Of a DNA stretch of 64,000 bases, positions 13,159 to 26,000 are shown one piece after another; within the stretch, counting starts at the first letter, position 1, and the number at the start of each line of letters is the position of its first letter. Source of the stretch: Fimbriosthenelais zetlandica (taxonomy: Eukaryota); assembly GCA_977030845.1 (NCBI GenBank), contig OZ365118.1, forward strand, positions 18,848,001 through 18,912,000. The letters are read 5' to 3'. The notes under the pieces are model-generated. The model was not told the DNA's origin. It saw nothing but the letters and a program-made list of their open reading frames with translations, and did not search any database. The translations under genes were made by a program, and so were the position numbers.

Positions 13159-15123
13159 ATTCTTGTATAGCTTTAATATTACTGCCCCTCCTACCAAGAC
13201 TCATCTAAACTTACACTCAAAGTAGCTGTCATCCACCCAAAGAAGGCAATTGATTTCTGTTCAGAGAATACACAAAATAATTAATATTTACAGCAGCAAT
13301 TCAATGCTTATTGCCATTCAGCTCCAATGGAGAGGTTCGGAAGGTTTGGGAGGAACATGCCCTACTGATTGTGGGACTAAAGATTTACAGCTGAAGTGTA
13401 AGAGATGGGGAATAGATTGAACTGTACAGAAGCCTTGTATTGTAAATAGATTTACAAGTATAAACAATGCTATTTGACATCCGACCTTTCTACTTCATAA
13501 ATCATGCAGGCAGAGTATGATAGTGTCTGCAGCATTATAATGGGAGGCAGGAGGGATGAGTGAATTTGTGAAATGTCGGGTCTGTTAGAGGGATAATAAA
13601 TCATGTAGAGTGTCGGACAACTCTATCTACCTGATCCTTCAAGGGATTCTCACTTATAATGAACCCATAGAAGATCAGAGCAGATCTGGATTATATCGCC
13701 CGGCCGTGTCAAGTATCCCACCAGCATTTTTGTCAGCTTCAGTACATCTACTGCCATTTCTCATACAGAGGATTATAGTATTCAATACATATAGGTACTT
13801 CAGATATATATAATCCATCTATAGTGAAACTCACTAATGGCCTAGGTCTATGGGGATGTACGTCTGGTCGGGCTGTCAAGGAAACAACAGGCAGACTGAC
13901 ATCCTTTAGAGTGTCAAGTAGCAGTTATTTTTTAGAGTGCTACATGAACATTGACTGTAGGAGGAATGGGGCCTACAGGTGGCCTGCCTGGAGCTTGTCT
14001 CTACCATGGAGGAGTAGAGAGAATGAACAGACTCCAGTAGGTAGAAGGTCTGGAGATGAGTGGGGTCATAACCCCCATCTGCCCCGCTGTCTGCTCCCTT
14101 ACCCCACACCGTCTCCACGCTATCCCCTCTGGATAGCCTCTCCAAGGCTTCTTCCCCCCTGGAGGAGATGTCATCCAGGCAGTAGATACTCGAGGGAATA
14201 GGAATAAACATTGGTAAGTGGGTAGCGGGCCTTGTGCAGCATATACAGGGCCAGTGCTCGATGCTTCATGCCTTGAAAGCTTCATGGTTTGCACAGTCAA
14301 AAGCTCTCACAATAACCCACTTTCCTTCACCCTCTGTAATATTTTTCAATGCCCTCAACTAAATTAGACACTTCAGACTCCCTCTTCAGAAAACCCCGCT
14401 TTGATATGGAAAATATTTTTTCTTTTCTTGGCAGGGCTGGGTCGGCGGTTGACCTGGAATGTCAGTCACGTCTATTGGCATTCAAATGACATTGGCGGGG
14501 TCGTGGGTGACACTACACTACTCTTCATAGATCCTAGATTACAGGCTAGGCATTTTCTCCCACGAGCTGCTTATTTAAAAAGAACCATTCCAGAAAAAGG
14601 ATCGAATGGGATCAGGAAGATGGCCTAGTTAGATATTGTTCAGCGCCTCCAGGGTCAGGAGGATCCATACTTGGTAGGCATAAGATGTGAGTAATGGTAG
14701 AAAAAGTGGGCTGATTGGGGGATAGAAAACTGCCATCACTGACATATTGTTTACTAGAAAATAAGCATCAAAAGAAGCGTTTAAACGATGAAGTTAGGCA
14801 CGGATCACAAGGGAAAGGCCAGAGCTGCTTCTCCCTAGGCCTACATTGAAAAACTTCAATGGCAATCACAATATTTGTTCTACAATGAGGATAAGTTTGA
14901 ACTACACAAGTTTTGCTTTCTAAGGAACAGACAATGAAGCTAAATTTCTATACGAGTGTTTAAGTACAAAACACAAGCTATTGGGCTGAATTTCTCAGAA
15001 GAGGAATTTCTTAGGACTCTGACAGGATGTAATTGCAATGATGGATAGAAAGTTCTCATAAAGGAGAAATGATTTTAGAGACAGACAATACTGAATGTAA
15101 GGTAACAGTCTGATTAATCTCAG

Positions 15124-15292
15124 TGAGGGGTGGGGGTTGGTTTGAGGGGGAGGGGGTTGGTTTGAGGGGGAGGGGTTGGTTTGAGGGGGAGGGGGTTGGT
15201 TTGAGGGGGAGGGGGTTGGTTTGAGGGGGAGGGGGTTGGTTTGAGGGGGAGGGGGTTGGTTTGACGGGGAGGGGGTCGGTTTGAGGGGGTGG
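15124..15292. repeat. G-rich 20-bp minisatellite (about 8 copies), G-quadruplex-capable
   Basis: Unit TGAGGGGGAGGGGGTTGGTT with two G5 runs per unit. Confidence 0.93.
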
Positions 15293-17419
15293 TAGGCTGG
15301 GTTAGACTCATGCCAATAAAGACTTGACAAATGTTGACACAAGCCTGGGCCAGCAGCCATCCTGGTAAACATCAATCTGCTTATTATGGGATGGATCTGC
15401 TTCCTCAATCACGTGGTACGGTAGTGTCCCTTCCGCTCAACAGGTGGCGGCCATGGCAGCTCACCCCAAACGTGTCAATGGTGTTTACAGGATGAACAGG
15501 ACGTAGACTTGGCAAGAAGTTTGAAATTAAACTTTTTCGTCTCTCGTCGTTTTGAGTTGTGGATTAATTGGGGATTTTTTAAGTACAGTGAATGGTCGTA
15601 GTGATTAGGTACCGCCGTCTGTGACGCTGCTGACACGACCAAGACTTTTTCTGAAATATTTTCTTCATATTTTTCTAATATAAAAATTCCATAAAGTTTC
15701 CATTTGGTACCACCTGCCTTTGCACAAATACATGCCGAGTGATTCTCTATAATAATTGGTGTTTATTATGTTTGTATTTAGACTCCTATTATATGACCTT
15801 TAATTGTATGGGAATCTCATTGACAATCTGCACGAGTGAACTAAATGTCAGATGTTGTATTGTTGTATTTTTGAAGCCAGTGTTTCTGCCAATTTCCAGG
15901 TATTTAGAAAGCATGGGAATAATACAAATGTTCCTATTATTTTCAGTCTCACAATATTCTTCTCTTGGCCATGAAATAAGTTTCTTCTGTCTGTGTGATA
16001 CAGCCTTGGTCGATTGGGAATTACAGGTTTATTTATGCAGGAGAATGTGATAAAATGTACTGCTTATCCCGAGCCCCTAATCATGCCTTATCTCAGATCA
16101 GTGTATTTGTATAATTACCACGACTTTTATCTCACAAGACAAGATAACAATTGAGAATTCCATTAGAGAAGTCGTGATAAGTGATATGATCTAAACATAG
16201 GGATGGGGAGGGGGATGGATGGTGGTGATATACGTGAGGCAGCTATATGTCTCACTGAAAGCTTTCATTTGTCTCGGGTTACGATCTCAGACACTTTTAC
16301 ATAGGAATACCTGACTATTTCATCATCAAAACTAAGGACATTGTGTAATGGATAGTCTGAAGTACAGTATTACTTTAATGGTTTAAATAAATATCTATGA
16401 AACATGATGTACATGCTATATATGGCTCAGTAAATTGCTGTTGGCAATATCAAATACTGTATTGGCAATGAAACAGAAAATTGAATGAATATCCCAGATA
16501 TATATATAGCAGAAAGACTTAGTATTCTCTACAATGTTCTGAACATTCAAGCAACCATCACAGTATTAGGTATAGAGGATGGATACATCACTCTGACGTA
16601 ATCAGATATAGAATAAAGGCCTGTGATCACTTCATGTAATATTACCATCAGTTCGTGTTTTACGTTGAGTTGTATATCTATAATTGGCGGCCTGTAAAGT
16701 GGAACTCTTCACTGAGGGAGGAGGGTTTGTTAATTCTGAGCAGCAGTGATCCATCATATAGACCTGCAGGGCGGCTGACTGCTCATTTACATACGTTTAC
16801 ATGGATACATATGTAGAGAGATCACCTTGTATGTACATGTTATATGTATACCATGATGTTATTTTTAGATATTCTGAGCTTCTCACACTTTCACTACTGT
16901 GCATTTGTTCATTGTATACGAAAGCACAAGCTCAAGCAAGCATAAGGAAACCCTTTAAGAGGCCTGTCCATTCTTAAGCAAATCCTTCAGAAGCAGAATT
17001 ATTTAGTTACCATATTTCTTTTCATTTGGAAAATACGAGGATCTAAAAATAAAATATTAAAAGTTAAAGCCTTAGTTCATTCAGGGTAAGTGAGGGTAAA
17101 TGAGTTTAGCAATCATTTTCAGCTGCTAGGTGCATTCAGGACTCAGCAAATGGTCCATACTGTCATATTTTTCAAGTACAGGAAATATTTAGAGAAGGCC
17201 CTATGACTCTTATGCTTCATAAATTGAATATTGGCTGTTAAGGCCAGGTGTGAAGCTTCATACATGGTTAGTGATTGAGTCACGTTCTCAGACCAGCTTA
17301 ACCCCGCCCGCCAACTTTTGCTTTCATTGAGGATAAGTCGCCATTCCTTCAGGTCTCACTTCCTGCCCTCACATCAGCCCACACCGGATGAGGATTAGTA
17401 ATGTTTTCACCAGCTGCCG

Positions 17420-17678
17420 CCATGGCAACCAGCGTTGTAACGGTGTCAACAAACCACACAAATATGGCCTGTATGTCTCGTCAGGGGAGGCGGACGGATG
17501 TCAACGTGTAGCCGCTCTATATCCCCGACCACCCTCCACTACTATCACTACTCACAAGCTACATGCAAATTAACCCCCAGCGGAAATAAGCTGCCGTGCC
17601 AAAACGAGGCCACGGGTCACGTGCTGGCCACTGTCTCACGTGATCGGACGTTTGACGACGTCAGAGGAGCAATGACTC
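17420..17678. promoter_or_regulatory. CpG-rich cluster: RFX half-site, octamer, paired E-boxes, CRE/AP-1-like sites
   Basis: CCATGGCAAC at 17420-17429; ATGCAAAT at 17563-17570; CACGTG at 17618-17623 and 17637-17642; TGACG at 17653; GACGTCA at 17657-17663; TGACTC at 17673-17678. Confidence 0.4.
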
Positions 17679-18760
17679 GGGGAGCAGCTCGTATTTAGGA
17701 GAGAAACCACTGGAGCAAGTTGAAATGCCGGCGTTCTCCCCCCAGGCCTTCCACCTCTTAAAGGAAAGAAAAACAGGAAGCGCATGGACGGCTAGGTCTG
17801 AAATAAATCCAGTTTGCCGTCACTTTAACAATTAGGGCCTTCCAGCTGACTGCTCGGCGAGGGGAGCCGAAGAGAAGAGATCAGTAAATAAGAGTAAATC
17901 TGGGGCTGCCGGCTGGCATGAAATTCTACGCTGGTTTCACAGACACATGAGAAGTGATCAGATTGTTCGCCTGGAGAAACACACACTGCTGGTTCCTCCT
18001 GCCTCCTCCAGGGGGACGGGTATAGGGGAGACAAGCCCAGGGGATGAGTGTTAGCACAGGGTAAAACACTCCCCTTCAAAGATTCCCATAAACCCCCCAG
18101 CTTCACAAATCAAACTAGAAGACGCCCTCAGCAATGGGTCACTATTCCTTTAAGAACAAATGACGGTGTAAACTTAAAACACACTAGTCTTGATTCAATT
18201 CAAAGGACTCTACACGACGACCAAGTATAGTCCCATGAGAGTGAGGGATTGAGTGGACAGATGAAAAAGATCTCTGGCTGACAAAAAGAAAATATATGGA
18301 GGAAAAACGGTCATATTGCTTATGGTTATCCCTCGCTATATCTGGGCTCAGAGCTATGCTATACGCATTTAGCAATGGCAAAAAGCAATGCGAGACGCAT
18401 GAGAGAGGAGGAGAGAAGAGAGAGAGGGGAGAGGGAGGTAGCGGATGTCTCTCACCAAGGTTATAACCTTGCTGGCCTTGACGACACGTCATGCTTCTCA
18501 GCAGACACAAACCAAACCAGGGCTGTCTGACCCTGACATTCACCCGAGACATTCACCCTACACATTCACCCGCCATCCAAACACAGAGGCCAGTAGTAAT
18601 GAAGAGAAGCAGAGAGAGGGCAGGAGCAGAGAGAGTGAGGGGGGCTGGTGAATCGTTAGGCACGACATCGATCGGGCCATGTATACCAATCCTTCTATCT
18701 TGTCGCCCGATTCTAATGCATGTTGGGGGCTTGCCACTCTCTCAGGTCCTCTCGGGCCAC

Positions 18761-18778
18761 TGATTGGGGCGCCAATCA
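18761..18778. promoter_or_regulatory. Back-to-back inverted CCAAT boxes
   Basis: TGATTGG-GGCG-CCAATCA near-palindrome, with a further CCAATC at about 18687. Confidence 0.3.
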
Positions 18779-19670
18779 AGTAACATCTCACAACTATTTC
18801 TCATGAAATCAATTGCAGACAGACTACTCCCGCAATGGTATAGAGGCCTGCAAAATGAATCAATATCCTAAGTTTAAATTTTCAAGCACCTTTCTGGTTT
18901 GAAGATGTGACATAGAGTCAGGAAATTTGACTCAATTTTCAAGTATCTTTCTTTAGAGATGTACTATTGTGAATTGACTATCCGCCATTGAAGATTGGAA
19001 GACAGAATGATGAATGTCAGTAGGTAGATGTAAGGAGGGCATCAGTGGAAGGCCTCCATCCACCTCATCTCACCAGATACCAGCACAAAAAGGCCACCAA
19101 TTAAGACATGCTTCCTCTTAGGTCGGCGCTTAATGTGTCACGAGCTGGTAGCAGAGATATTTCTCATTCCACATTAGTTCCCTCTCTCCGCCCACCCACT
19201 ATTCTTCTCTCACATCTCCCCTGCCAGTTCAGGTACACTAAGTGATTTGGGCTCAGGGTGAAGAAACGAAATCCATACATCACCATAGATGGAAGTATTT
19301 GTGGATCATTTAATGTAGATTTGTTATTATGACTAACATTAAAATGCTTTCTGGTGCTGTTTAGAAGAACTGATAGTAGTATAATAGATTGTTTCCCGCT
19401 GATTTTTGCGATATGTTCTAGTGGAACTTTTACTGTTATATGATACCAAGAAAACACATTATACATTGCACGAAAAAGTAACTTTAAAAAGCATCCTGGT
19501 GTGATTTGATGACATTTTCAGTAGATGAAATAATAGATTGTTTCCTGGTAATTCTCGCATCATGTGAGGTGGGGTGTTTAACATGGGGGGCCGGGGTGGT
19601 GGGAGGGTCTGTAAGGGAAGAGAGAGACTAAACGGCCCGTCTCAACCTGCCTGCCTTTTTGTCTCTAAGC

Positions 19671-19764
19671 CCCGACAGGTGGCGCACTGGATCATATGAT
19701 TAGGATGTTATTAGCACGTGATCAAGCCGTCATTAGTGATTGGCTGATTCATAAAAATGGCTGC
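19671..19764 (+). promoter_or_regulatory. CTCF-like site with E-box, reverse CCAAT and YY1-like motif
   Basis: CCGACAGGTGGCGC at 19672-19685 (one mismatch to CCRSYAGRKGGCR); CACGTG at 19715-19720; GATTGG at 19738-19743; AAAATGGCTGC at 19754-19764. Confidence 0.3.
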
Positions 19765-20381
19765 TTGTGAGGCCACATGAGAGCGTGCGGTGGATGGGGA
19801 AGCATCCATCTATCATGTCTCCGACTGCCTTCACTCATCTCACAGACTCTCAAAGCTTTCTTCTCCCGCATCCATCTCGTCTAATTGTCTGCCTTTAGAG
19901 GCAGTAATTAATGCCCAGATTTCAGCCAATTTTAACTTCTTTATGATATCTTATGTCTTTCCTCGACTTTGAGTCCAAATAGAAGACCTCTAAAGAAAAG
20001 GGCTTTTAGCCATTTAGCCATTGCCCTGTGTCAAAGTCTAAGTTATTCGTCCCTTTGAAAAAGTTTATATAATTCAGATATATGTCTAAATGATATCAGG
20101 AATTGAACTTGTGGAGTCTAGATGACAAAGGAGAACTGGATAGCAGATTAGTTACAGAAAGGTCCATGGTTGGAACTTGTAAGATGTCCAGTGAACATTG
20201 TTCATACTTTATCAAGTTACATTATAGCAGATATCCATGAGGTCAACATCCTGTACACAAAGACTGGCGGATTTAGTGGAAGCACAAACACACCCTCGGC
20301 GAAAAGTGGAGTCGCAGCTTCAGTCTGTATTTATCAATACAAGAAGACTGTCAACAAAGCATTGCCTGTGGCTATAACCCC

Positions 20382-20440
20382 CTGTCACAAGTAGCCCCTG
20401 CCCCCAGCTCCTCTGTCACAAGTAGCCCCTGCCCCCAGCC
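20382..20440. repeat. 31-bp tandem duplication
   Basis: CTGTCACAAGTAGCCCCTGCCCCCAGC starts at 20382 and at 20413. Confidence 0.9.
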
Positions 20441-22672
20441 TCCCTCAGACCCCTCACAATCCTACCAATAACCTCCGGGTAGTCGGCAGGCCTTCCTTCT
20501 ACTCGGAAGCCCAATCATCCACCTACACCCACTGTACTCATTTCTCCATTTCACCAAGTTTTCCTATCATGAGGGTAGGCAGGACAAAGTGTTGTCACCC
20601 ATCAAACTGGGGGCTCATATCTGTCTCAGTAATAGGTTCAGAGCTTTAATTGTGATCCATACATACTTCATTTTACATATGGACCAGTATGATAATACTG
20701 ATTGTACATTTAGCAATGCATTGATTCACCATATATGATAAATGTATAAAACTATTGACATTTATTTTCCAATTCTATATCAGTCTAATCCTTCTGATTC
20801 CATCATAATAAGATCAGATGTAAGTCTACTTTGTATAGAAACTATCCACAAAGTGAGAGAAGAATTAAAGGAGGGGAAGTCTTAAGTGAAACCGGAGAGA
20901 GGTTGGACGTGAATATAGCTGGTTGTCAGTCGATGTGTTTCCATTATAGAGCTCTCTAGGTGAGGAGGAGAGAATGTAGTGGGCCGACTCCTCCAGCCAT
21001 TCACACCAGTAGAACGTGCTGGATCGCTACACTCTAAACACCTACACTCTCAAAAACGATGGCCAACAAATGCCTGACCATATCTTTAAAGAGTTTCATC
21101 GAAACAACAGCTAAAATGTACATTATCTATGACGAAACATTGGGTCTATTTCAGGGAAAGGCATTTTTATCATCATTGTAAATTGGGCTAAAGGGATGGG
21201 AGATCACTGAGCTAAATTTAAGATGAGGGATTATGTTTTAGAGTGTAGAAGGTCCCACAATTGAGCATCAGTCTGATTGAGGGGCTGGAGATGGGTGGAG
21301 TCTGGTTGGCATACCAGAGACCACCTCTCTAATTACCCCTTACAACATCACTCTACATTGACCAGCTTAACTATTACTGATTACCGAAAATAAATGTTAC
21401 TATATGAACATTATGACGGGAGGAATATTGAGGGAACTTTTACAGACGGAAAATAAGTACCAAATCTGGTGGGCAGCAATTGTGATGAGAGGACACGAGG
21501 GAGAGAGATAAAAGAGAGAGAGGATGGGGGAGAATAGAGAGCTTAATAGCACGCCCGAGCCAAGACACGGTCTCCCACTATTGATCATGCATGGGCTCAT
21601 TTTTCTTTAAAAGAAAGAGAAAATATGGCGCCTCCGAGATCGGCAGAGACTGTGCGAAATAATGTGGAACAAAGTAAGAGTATTACTGGACAAATGTGCA
21701 CTATTCCCGTGCGCTATCTACTGGGCTGAATAATGAACGAGGCAGCTCTGCTGGTAAAGTTCAATGAAGTGTCGTCCACTATAGATGCCTATAGATATGA
21801 ATACTATTAATATTAGATGTATATATATAGAAGTAATAGCTCTAGACACCACGCCTCCCCCGCCCCGCTAACTTATGACTTATATACGGGGAGAATCCCT
21901 GTTTTTGTGGTTTTTTAACATTTCAAGCATCACTATGCACGTTTTTCTGCCTTCTATACAGCCTGTTTTACATATACATATTTCAGACCTGATGTTCTTG
22001 CTATTCTAGGATGAATGGCTCAGTGTATCGACGAGAGGGAAAAAGCCCGCTGATTTACACGTCCCCCGGTTCCACGTAAAGGATGTCAAATTATTTATCA
22101 CCCAATTATCACAGGTGGAGTATAATTCACACCAAACGACTGTACTCGAGCCCGAGGCGGCAAGCATCCTCACATGCCAACATTCATCTTAAACTCATAA
22201 GCAAAGTTATGTGGTGAGAGCCTATATATACAGGCTGGACACTCATAAAGGCTGCCATCTATCAACATGCACCATACCGCTATGGCAATAATCTCAGCTT
22301 CTCAAATTCACCCGAGGCCAGGGCCATGTGTGTGGAGGGCAGAGTGGATTAATATTACCTGTGGAAGAAGGTCAATGGTTTAAGTGTTTCTGTAGTGTCG
22401 GGTTAAGTGAATGATACCGTCTTCAGGGCCAGCATTGCTTATCTGTCAATGTTGTATATGGGGGAGTGGGGGAGGAAGGAGTAAGAGCCTCATTCAAAGC
22501 CCACTTTCCATGTACTACTGACTTGTCTATGGGCAGTAGGCGAGGAGAGCTTGACCTCCATGGTCAGTGCACTAAGTGGCCCCTCCCCCGGGCTGACCAC
22601 TACCTCGTCCCTCGGTCCAGGCTCTCTCCTACCAAAAGCCATGTGATCAGCCCCCTGTGGGGTAATCCCTAA

Positions 22673-22687
22673 TGCCATCTGGCGGCC
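22673..22687 (-). promoter_or_regulatory. CTCF consensus site (reverse orientation)
   Basis: The minus strand reads GGCCGCCAGATGGCA, a full match to the core CCRSYAGRKGGCR. Confidence 0.5.
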
Positions 22688-23049
22688 ATGTGAGAAGTGA
22701 GGTATGGGTAGATAGATGGGGTATGATTTATATTGCTGGTTCCACGCATGCGTACTGGACATGGCACCATTCACAAACACCCCACAAATGACCAGTCCGT
22801 CCAATGGCCACCTCTCACGCTAACTGGGCTGTTTTTTGGTGGGTCTAACTGCTCCTGGATCACCCAGCCCCTCCCTCCTACCCCGCCATTTACATACCTC
22901 GATAAACACACCGGGTCATTAACAGGCCTGGCATTGGCGGGAATTCATTCCGACCCTGGCAAATTGTGACGAGCAAAAACAAGCTTCTCCGGCATTAATT
23001 TCCCGAGTGGCCGGCAACTGGTGGTGTGTCATCACATGAGTGAATCCCG

Positions 23050-23068
23050 GGCCACCAGGGGGCAGTGT
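23050..23068 (+). promoter_or_regulatory. CTCF consensus site (forward orientation)
   Basis: GGCCACCAGGGGGCAGTG, essentially the canonical CTCF motif. Confidence 0.6.
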
Positions 23069-26000
23069 CCCTGACATGAATACAGCCCCACACAGCGGTA
23101 AAACCAGTACTCACATAATGCCTGTCATCTTAACCTTGACCTCCTGAACCCTGGTACAGGGGGCCGCAGATAGGTGGTACTTTACACACTCTCCATCCGT
23201 CATAGATCAATTATACACTCCTACATGCAACAGGCAGTGGCAACGTCACTGTAGCCAGAAGTAAATAGATACACCCTATCTAGTGACCCATCTGCCGAAA
23301 TCTGAACCTAGTCGGCCCAAAACTGTACAAAAAAAGTCTGGAAACTCAAGACGAAATGGCAATGCAATGTGAAAAGGTGTGCGTCGATTAGTTAATGTGA
23401 ATGGTATAATAAGCTTAAAGTGGCGACTTCCGCACGTCTTACTGTTCATTATTAGTGACAGTAAGCAAGGCGAGCCCACAAAGGGCAGTTTCATCCTCAC
23501 AAAGACTCGGGTCCTTCTGGTGCTTAAGAAAGTTCTCATTAATTAGCCAGCATCCTATGGGTAACATTATATAGCGGCTGGCATATCAGTACTTTAGTCA
23601 GCTCATGATATACATCAAGCAGCCTTTAATCATACCATGCTTTTTGTCTCCTCCTGTAATAGGATCTAATACGGACATCACTATGTCTCATGGTAAGGCC
23701 TGCCTCCATAGAAAAAACTGTAAGTATTACATCCAATATGAGAGGTATATTAATTGAGTCATATGTGGTAAGATGAGAGACTTCTCAATCATTCCTTTCA
23801 TCTATAGGCTATGGAATATCTCATATACTTTCTCACAAACTTTTTTTAGTATTTAGAATTAACAGAAATTGGACAGTATTTACATCTCCTATTCAGCTTA
23901 ATGCAACTTTGGTGGCTTAGAATCTTATATATGACCCAAGATATCCTCATGAATTTAAGCTTCTTTATCTCTAAGTAGAGCTTCAATTCTCATAGGGTCA
24001 GAAATTCAAATGGTGACTTTGATCCATCTAAACTGAAGGCGATTTAACCTAAAATAGCCATAATAAGCTTGAGGGAGATTGCCTGACAGGTGCCTGCTGC
24101 CTATAATTGGGCAGTTAGAGCAGTTTAGGAGGACCCATAGACAAGCAACAGACTGGAACAAGGCAAAGCTCAACCACCCTACAACATACATGATTTAGAT
24201 AACTAACCCAGCAGAATCTCCCGCTCAAAATAGCACAGATCTCCACGCCATAAATATCCCACACATCAAAGACGTTATGATGGCAGGTTTTTGGTTTAAT
24301 GGGGAGACGTTAGTAAGTGGTATATCTACATGCTATTAATGCTTGTAATGCAGGTAGACGGGGGCATGCATGTCAGACTCAGGTAAAGGTGGTTGATGGA
24401 GTGCTACCTTGTATGATATACCATACCTCTAACCCTTAAAGCTCACCTGGCCAGGATACAGAATGACCATCTCACAAAGATGCTGGTACCCTCTCATTAA
24501 CGATGGTTATTATAGGTGGGGAACAGGCACATGGCATGCAGGCATCTATTGTGGCAGAGCTCAGGACAAGGCTAGCAATTCACAGAGAGGGAAGAGAGAA
24601 CAAGATGGTAGATGTCACCTATACTTGTGGGTTAAAACAGTAGTATAGCCTGGCTCGCAATGTGAAGTCAATCTCTGATATATTAATTTGATATACGAGT
24701 GTTAGTATATTGCTTGGACAGTTGCTGGCTAAAGGTGAAGGTACTGGACCATTGCTAGGACAGTAGGGTGAAGGCACTGGAACATTGCTTGGTCAGTTGC
24801 TGGCTAAGGGTGAAGGTACTGGAATCTGGGAGATGTGACTATAGGAAGCCTGGATGAGATAAGGAAGATGTGGCTTTTAGATAAGGTGGACCATGGATGG
24901 ACAGGAGGCCTGAGATGAACTGGGAGCAGGAGAGAGGAAGATATAACATGTGGTGGATTATGATTAAACTAGGCAGAGAGATGGTCACGTGACCTGATAA
25001 CCCACACCCTGACCCCGTCTGTTTCTACCATATGGTGATCATATCTCTCACTGTGTGCCTCTCTCTGTAGATTATTCATTCTGCTCATATACAAAAGATG
25101 CTATAACTCCATGCTTAACCGCCCATAGCTCCTAAACACCAAAGACACTGGCAGGAAGGACTTGGCCAAAGATACCACTCCCTCGCCGAGTATCTGCGAT
25201 TTACGGGTAGACAGAAAACTAGATGTTTGGGGACTGGGAAAAGCTAAAGCCATTTAACATATCTAGAGATAAGATCATATAGAAGTATCAGTGGAGGCCA
25301 GAAGGTTGGGAGGAGGTAGAGATAGTGTTTTTTATTCGGGGACAGTGCTGGGCGCTGGGTAAAAGCGATTGGACTTGTATACAGCTGGATTAGAGCTTGT
25401 TCTTCTTGGTTAGTTTTCCGGAGTTTAATGCCAGGCAGGTGATAAAGTAGTCGGATCCATCACCTCCAGGGATCACCAGCTTCTCACTGTAATAGCCGGA
25501 ACCCACTCAGCTACGATCTCTCTACGATCTCTCTACGATCCAAAATTTTAAAAACCTACTGAAAATTATGTGTATGACCCTACGATCATGTTCCTGTGTG
25601 CTCTGGGTTTTTTTAGAGATCTGAAAACCCAGCATTCTCATTTGATCATGTTAAGCTTATTGAAACCTGTTTCACACCAAGAAGGGATCACCAAGCCAGA
25701 AACCTGCTTCATACAGTGCAGGGATCACCATGCCTTTCAAAGTAGCCCCCATTATACCAAGCTCATCCTTCAACAGATGATCGGTGAGGCAATAGTGATT
25801 CAGCTTTTCTCCGGCCTGCATCAGCTTCCTGGTTAGTAAATCCTATGTTAAATCTAAGAAAAATGGCTCCTCATTCATAAAGAAGTAGCTGAATCTATAC
25901 GCTGATTCTACTAGTTTGGATTCACAGTCAACGAAACCAGACTTTCCTGCAAATTGACACATTGTAACCAAGTTAATATTGTGTCAGGAGAAAGCGGGTC

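Noticed and set aside
22289-22299. 11-nt match to the 5' end of miR-216 (TAATCTCAGCT)
   Set aside because: The rest of the mature sequence does not match, and the surrounding hairpin is poor.
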